Assembly (NCBI GenBank): GCA_012295275.1
Contig: CM022665.1
Location: forward strand, 38,378,001 to 38,442,000
DNA from: Chrysomallon squamiferum
Lineage: Eukaryota > Animalia > Mollusca
Length of the DNA: 64,000 nt
Reading direction: 5' to 3'
Shown here: positions 56,204-64,000 of the stretch, one piece after another
Layout: the number at the start of each line of letters is the position of its first letter
Numbering within the stretch: position 1 is the stretch's first letter
The notes under the pieces: generated by a model
What the model saw: only the letters and a program-made list of their open reading frames with translations
Told to the model about the DNA's origin: nothing
The model's database searches: none
Translations under genes and position numbers: made by a program

Positions 56204-57672
56204 TATTACATGTGTAACGATGAATGCTCATATTTGAATAATTAACTTCAAGATCAGGACCAAGATAAAAAGTAATATTATACCTACCACTACAACGTAA
56301 ACTAATCTGATAGGCCTACAACCACAACAACACCAATAACAACACGAACAACAACAACAACAACAATAACCCTAACACTACCACTAACACTACTACTACT
56401 ACTACTACTACTATTAGAGAAAGAAAATTACTATTACTACCACTGTTGCTACTGCCACTACTCCACTAAGACATTTTAGTACAGTTCTTTATGAACAAAA
56501 ACGTCCCGAAGAAACTCGAAACTACATAAAAGAATTTACGTTTGTGGGCGCGATGCACCACCCATATAATAAAGCTTTCTAAATGTCCAAATTAGCACGC
56601 GAGGAAATGTTTATCGTCGTGTTATACAAACTGCACGTATATGATATAGTAAACAGTGGCTGTATAAAAATGCGCGATTGTGAGACGCGTACTGTATGTT
56701 TTCTAAGAACTGGGTAGTTTATGTGATCCGCAGGTCAGCGATTATATCAGTCGTGTGAAGCCCTCCCACGGCTGGCAAAGCGAAACCACTAGCGATCTAC
56801 CTACTTGTTAGTGACGTTGTAAATAACGTTACTGAAGATTTTAGCGTTAGTTCGTCCAGTATTTGACAGGGAAGTAAATGTTTTGATGACAAGAACGTCA
56901 TAAATATAACGAAATTAATAAAGATAAAATATTCGGGCGATTTTTGAGTTTAAAGCAGAGCTCCGGACAGTAATAGGACTGACATCGACTGGACCCGGCT
57001 GTGTTTGTCAAACTGCTATGATTTATAAACAGATTGATCGTGCAGTTTAGTCAATTCATTTGCCAATTACAGTTAGAAACTTTACACGAAGCAGGTTGCG
57101 ATGCCTGTGTTTTCTATTAACACTGGATATTCGGATATCTGTTACAAAAACGGGCGACTGTTAATGGAAATGCTGTGTTGCTTCAGAAATGGAATTAACC
57201 AGTTCTAATGAACCGTTCAGGTCTGCTTAATGAAAATGGAAATATTTAGTTACGTTCTGCAAAAGACAAGCGTCGATGCGGTTCTGAAACATATGTAACA
57301 CCGAGAACGTCAAGACGATTATATAATGCTTCGAATCAATACCCAGTCAACCTTATCTACAGATTAGCGGGTTATCTGCCAACCACTGCCGAAGAAACAG
57401 GTTTAACATTACCGTGTGACTACATACTTGTTACATACAGCTTGGACGTTTGATTAAGTGCAACAATGGAATATTTTCCTCAGTTAACACAGATTCTATA
57501 CAGGACAACACAGCTGGATATTTAATATTTAGTAACAAACACAAACGAAGACTCATGTGATACAAGAACGGTGTTTTTTTTTTTTTTAACCTTTATCATG
57601 ATTACTTAGCATAATATTCGTGAAAGTTTTATTTTATTTTACAGTTTTCTCTGAAGTGAATGATTTTAAAAT

Positions 57673-58271
57673 ATGGATATCAATTCTAGTCCTGCCCCTC
57701 CACCGAACAACGCCATAGTGCCTGACATCTACAACAGGCTCGACGCTGATGCAATAGAGAGAACCAGAGTGGCCAACAGCCAGTTGGACGTGCGTTACAG
57801 GATCCAAGAAAGAGTTCTGAACAAATACAAGGAAGCCGCGGAGCGGGTGTACAGACACGAGGCTTCCAAAGTGAGAGAGGAACTCGGCAAAATCCACTCT
57901 AGTCTGCCAGCAGTGAGACACATGAGGAATCTGACAATGGACAACATCAGATCAAAAAGTAAAAGCGTCACGCCCAGGAGAATTAATTCTTTGTACGAAG
58001 AGAAGATCGACATGCCGTTCTGTGAAAGACACTTCATTCACCATCTTCCCACGAAGAAAAAATATTACAAGAAAATGAGGTCCGCTTCTTTCGTCAAAGA
58101 ACCTCTGAAACCGCCAGTGAGAGAAGAGCAAAATATTATTCTAGAAACGGTTGTGTCCACGAACCCCGAGGGAAATAAAAGTTTGGGTACTTACATCAAC
58201 ACGTCACTGCATCAGGAAGGATCGGAAGAGACATTTAATAAATTTATTGACGCTAACAGACCCGTTTCCAG
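57673..58271 (+). CDS. Uncharacterised ~200-aa protein, main exon (N-terminal helical/coiled-coil-like region); may end in a short exon at 61868-61874
   Basis: 200-codon ORF with higher GC than flanks, an acceptor upstream (TTTTACAG at ~57643), a donor AG|GTAAT at 58271/58272, and a phase-compatible acceptor at 61867 giving ...SRN*. Confidence 0.7.
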
Positions 58272-58829
58272 GTAATCCGAGTTCTGTTTATTCATATTAT
58301 GAAAAAAAAAGAAAAAGAAAAAAAGAGAAATTGTTTGAAAATATCGGTGATCACGTTCTCGTTTGACTGTATGCAATTTAAATGCTAAATGTACAGATGC
58401 AGCGAAAACAAAGAAATAGATATATGTCAGTATATTGAATAGACAAATATTTCAAAGTTAACTCAAACGGCATTGTATTAGTAGAGCTAAATCAAACACA
58501 CCGAATGCACATTAATTTCGACGTATCTATTTTAAATATAAACTGCACTGATTTTTATTAATACAGTTTAACACAGATGTAAAGGTTTATAACTATTATT
58601 TCGACAAGAGCTTTATAATTGTTCTTGTTATTATTGTAATAACAAACTAAATAATACAGGTTATTAATGCTGTGCAGTGATGCCTGAACATATTAAACAG
58701 ACACGCTAGATAAATATTATTATTCTAGTCATGTAAGATTTGTACATAACTTCATTAATGTTATTATTAGAATAGTTATGCATTTGTGTTTGTATTTCTT
58801 AAATATACAGTCCAATTAAACCAAAGCTG

Positions 58830-58886
<57 letters not shown>

Positions 58887-59849
58887 TATTATTACTATTA
58901 TTATTATTATTATTATTATTATTACTAATATTAGAATAATAACATCAAGAATAATCATAAAAATGATGATGATGATGATGATGATAAGGAATGTATGTTC
59001 ATTAAAGGAATATATAAAATACATTTCAGAAAATAAAATTCTTGTCGCTCTAATATTGTCTGTCATCGAAAATATTTATATAGCGAAAAAAAAAAAAAAA
59101 AAAAAATAATAATAATAAAAATAAATAAATAAAAATAATAATTAATAGGCCAGATGGATAATTAAAAATCTATTTAGAAAACCCCAACAACGTCAGTATA
59201 CACGATTCTTATTGATTTAAAAACCTCTGTATTATCCCAATTATATTGGATCTAGAAACGAAACATTACAAACACTGATGAAATCTTTGTATTGGTAACT
59301 GATGACAGTGTTTGTGACATTCTTAATCACCGCGGTATGACAAAAAAAGGTGTATAGAATGACGTTTAGCAAAGAGGAGATCAAGTGTGATAGACTTGTA
59401 GACAAATATATTTCTTTGTGCCACTGGATTCATCGCTAACCCAGCAAAAAAGCGCCCATGAAAAGAAATCAGTTACAGGAGATCAGCGCAATATGTGAAC
59501 GATCACAGATTAAAGCACTTGTGTAATTATTCTTGTCAATAGCATGGCAACATGCCTCTGTCACCTAATCCTTTCGGGTTGAAGGCACAGTATGAAATAC
59601 AGCACACGACGTATAACCGCTAAGAACTACTAATGTTTCATTGGTGATAACGCACATTGCCTTTACTGATCGGCCATTTTGAAGGCATGGTTTAGCTAAG
59701 CTGTTTGCAGTAATAGAATTTAATTCCTTAAAGTAAATTTATAAATGTATATGTAAATAATAAATGTGCAAGTAAGTAAGTAAGTTAAGAAAAAACTAGA
59801 ATTGAAAATAGTATTTAACTAAGATATACTGGGATATTCATTTTCTGGA

Positions 59850-59892
<43 letters not shown>

Positions 59893-60665
59893 TTGAAGAA
59901 GATTATGATAAAATAATGATAATAATTATAGTGTTGATACTACTATTACTGTAATAACAACATCAACAATTACTACTACTACTACTACTATTACAACAAC
60001 AGCTACTATTATTACTACTACCTCTACTACTACTTCTGTTACTACTACTATACTAAAAAATTAAATATATGTTAATATTACCAGACACAAACATCTTTTT
60101 ATTCAGAAATTACATTCATCTTCAAAAATTTCTGCATGATTTATAAATAATTATTTTTCATTTTGTAAACGCACACACACACACGCATACGCACACGAAC
60201 ACGCACTCACACATATACACACACATAACTGAAACCTTCCAAAAAAACAAAACAAAAAACACCTCCAAAACAAAAATAAAATATAAATGTAATTAATTTC
60301 TTATGTTTTATTTAAGTGAGCAAATTTATTTCAGTCAGTATATTTCTTCTGTACCGAAAACCATGCCTCGAAGTTATATTTTAACATTACATGCAAAATT
60401 TGAGTTAACAGGATATCGTTTTTGCAGCATATGAATTTTTCTCACAGTGAATGCCGCTGTATGTGAAAGGAAAGTAATATAAAGGCGCAGCTGATGATAA
60501 GCTTTGTATAAATCACGAACGAACTAAATGATATCGTGACTAAACGAAATTAATTTACGTGCAAGCTGATTGCGATGACATTTTCAGACGAAATTAATAT
60601 AAGATTCCCCAGTGTGTTATGCAGGTGCAAACGTATCTAGTTTTGTGTGTGAATGTACACGTATG

Positions 60666-60722
<57 letters not shown>

Positions 60723-61940
60723 TGTTTATGTATGTATGTTTGTGTGTGTGAGTATGTGAGAAAGAGAGCGAGAGAGGTAGGCACGGAGAGTGGAAGTGAG
60801 AGTGAGAGAGATCAGGAAAGAGAAAGAGAGAGAAAGAAAAATAGAAAGAAAGAAAAACAGGTAGATAGACAGATGGAGAACAGGTGTTCGCATATGTTTC
60901 TGTGCTATTGTGTTTGTATACAAGATTTATTTTTTAATTTGATAATTTGTGAGCGAAAAAAAAAAGTACCAGATTAATACTTCTCTATAATCATTTCAGA
61001 TCATGATAAATTCCCTTTCATTTCCGATAAACTGTTTGTGATAGGCAATGGATAACGGACTTTACTGATATTTAGTTTTCAAAAAAGACTTAGTAAATGC
61101 CTATTTGTCAAGCTAGAGGCCAGACTGGTACATTCAATTATCATTTATATGCAGGTCTAAATAAGTAATATTTTTCTTTGATAAAGAACTCGAACAATAT
61201 TTAGTGAACAAATGAACGTTTTTATTAAACATATCTCAAAACATTTTAATTGGAGTTATTTAAACAGTTGCTTTGCAAGACGACAGTTTACATTTTAGTA
61301 ACTTCTGGCAGTATCGAAAATATTATTATTATGTGGTTTTTATGGGCTTTTATTATTATTATTATTTTTTAAATAAATGGAGCTAAGCATTAATATACGT
61401 TATTCTTTTCAAGTTTTAAACTGACTGTTTCAGTATATAAATTATTGAGACAGACAAAAATTTAAATTCATTATCGTAGATGGAAATAAGATCATTATAA
61501 ACACTTTTGTGAAATGGATTGTTGTTAGCCTGAATATTATGTACTCGTATAATTATGTATTTATATGTTGTATCTTATGTTATATTTATTTTTTTCAGTC
61601 ATCATTGTTATGAATATTTTCTATTGCCGATTATGCAGTTCGTACAGGTTTTGCCAAAATAGCTGATTGTATTTCTTAATGTCAGATTACTTTTATTTAT
61701 TAATGATATTCACGTTAAACTTAGGTAATTTTACAGTTCAAAAAATTTTTATCTAAATAAGAGGTGCGAAAACACCAAAAGTATGTTTTATTTAGATTAA
61801 AAATGAATATTAAAACAAACAAAATGTTAACATAACAAATGGGATTATTTTCTTTTTTCTTTTGTAGAAATTAACATCTACTCGAAAATATGATTAGACA
61901 CACCAGATTAGGAAAGACAATCCTTTGACATCTCTTGCAG

Positions 61941-62372
61941 GGTTACTCCTACCAGTTATCATCTGGCTACGCTTCTTGTGTTACTCCTACTGATGTTGCT
62001 TGTGATATTCCAAAAGAGAATCAGCTGCCACGACGTTTTCTTTCCTGTGTTACTTCTACAGATTATCGACCACTGACAAACAACTAGAGTTACTCCTACC
62101 ATATATCAGCCGCTGATGACGCTTCTCGTGTTACTCCTACAAATTTGAAGGCGATGACACCGCTTGTATTACTCCTACCAGTTATCAGCCAGTGTGTTAT
62201 TCCTACAAATTATGAGACACCGAAGACCTTTTTTTTTTAGTATTCTTACCACGGATCAGCAACCGAGGTCGCTTGTTTTACTCTACGTTTCATATACTGC
62301 TACAGATTTCTGTTTTATTATCAATACCGGTTATTGGCCAGAGATGACGATTTTGGAGTTACTCTTACTAAT
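61941..62372. repeat. Degenerate ~40-bp tandem array with TTACTCCTAC core
   Basis: Core or near matches at ~61943, 61981, 62050, 62090, 62131, 62169, 62198 and 62359, separated by partly related spacers. Confidence 0.75.
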
Positions 62373-64000
62373 TATAAAGACCGAAAAAAAAAGAAGAAGA
62401 AGTATGCATGTTCAAAAGAGCTAGTCATTGTGAATCTGGCCTGCATCAGGCCCGAACTGTGAACTATTCGAGTTGGACATCACTATTCTTTTTCAACATA
62501 TATTTTTAATGGTTTATATATATTTTTTTTTTATGGCTGTTAGCTCTAACCCGCAATCACGTTTTGCTGGTTTGACATGGTAAAAGTCATGTAGACCCTT
62601 TTGATAAGATGAATTCGTAAGTCACTTAGTGTCAAGTAAGTGACAATAAAAACACACAAGCTAACAATAATATTAAATCTTTGTTTATGAGGTTCAAAGA
62701 CACGGGTACATAAAACAAAGATTAGAGAGGAATCGAGTGCTTAGAGTACAACCATGTGTCCTTTTTATTATTATTATTATTATTTTTTTTTTTAAAGCTT
62801 CTAAGAAAATCAAAGTTAAAGGTTTTTAAGTTGACCTGATCAATAAAAATCAGGTTCTTTGTTAATCGTGATTATTTTTGGCTAAATGTGGATTATATTT
62901 CTGTATATAAATATATATATATATATATATTTAATCTTCGATCATGTCATGTGTGTGCTGGAATACTGGTTATGCTGCTGTAATTGCAATTATAAAATAT
63001 ATTCTCATCCGAAAAAAAAAAAAATAAAATAACAAAAAAACCCCCCCAAAAATAATAATAATAATAAAAAAAAAGAAAAAGGTAAAAAAAAAAGTTTAAT
63101 GAAGAAGATGAAAAAGCCTTCTTTAAAACGACAAGCATATAAATGCACACACACAAATGTATGTATGTATGCATACACACACATTAAAAAAAAGAAAAAA
63201 AAGAAGAGATAAATAAATAAATAAATAAAAAGAAAGTCAACCAATGATAAGGAATGAATATTGAATATTATATGGTGTATGTGTCACATTATAACAATGT
63301 TTAAAGTAAACGTAATTTATTTTTTAAATGTGATGGTGACGTTTCTTTCGTATCCTGGGGACTCAGACCATTCAGACTATTTGCAACAACTAAAATAATT
63401 ATTTTTGCATAACTATGGTTCCAGTGGCATATGTTTAAAATCTAGCTATATGATTTATAAAAATATAACAGCTTTAAGCATTAATATTCCACAATCTGGA
63501 TAATCTGTTAAATGAATTAATGGCGTAATCCAGTGCTGTACATAGGTGAATTACGTGTATACAACGTATGTTCGCTAAGTAAACACAATGGGCCAAATCA
63601 CGGCGTAACTGCAATTACTGTGTGGTTTAGACAGCGGTGAATAGATGTTTTAGACTGTTACGTAAGGATTACAGTGGTTATTGATTAAGCCTGCAGTGGT
63701 TCACAAAATGAATTGTTTGAAAAGCTGTTTGGTGAATGTGTGGTAGAAGGCAGAATACACGTGGGAATCATGATGCACAGTTGAAACACACACGCACTGA
63801 CGCATACAGATAAGCACATACACATACACTAATACGTTCATTCACAGGTACACACAGGATTAAAACAGCAACAGCAACAAAAATAAGTATCATAAACAAA
63901 CAAAAAGAAGACGAAGAAGAACAACAAATAACAAACACTTGTAACGCTTTACTTCCCCCGAAAAAATATACTATCTTAAAAAAAAAATACTTAAAAAAAT

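Noticed and set aside
49200-56600. Search for coding exons or RNA genes between Churchill and the 57673 ORF
   Set aside because: Only AT-rich sequence and isolated splice-like motifs; nothing supportable.
61941-62372. CRISPR-like repeat-spacer appearance
   Set aside because: The repeat is only ~10 nt and degenerate, spacers are related to each other, the context is eukaryotic and no cas genes are present.

Overview
AT-rich, microsatellite-rich eukaryotic genomic DNA with spliced genes, probably from an invertebrate (mollusc-like; this is inference). Positions 1-16594 recur almost exactly at about 19421-32836, on either side of a 200-N scaffold gap, which most likely reflects two uncollapsed haplotypes. 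Each copy holds three things: (i) a PIF/Harbinger-type DNA element with an intact 4-exon Myb/SANT-like accessory gene, plus (seen fully only after the gap) a truncated transposase, a nested L1/Tx1 LINE relic and ~650-bp inverted arms; (ii) two divergent 8-exon Zeta-class GST / maleylacetoacetate isomerase paralogs, called B and A here; (iii) between them, a ~2.8-kb chimeric unit (A promoter and exon 1 fused to the 3' end of B) present twice in one copy and once in the other. Downstream are a 5-exon two-pore K+ channel gene (+), a 4-exon Churchill gene (-), an uncharacterised ~200-aa ORF (+) and a degenerate ~40-bp tandem array. Exon models were built by hand from splice signals and phase, without alignment tools. 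No clearly novel system is proven; the GST-zeta promoter/terminal-exon array is the best lead.
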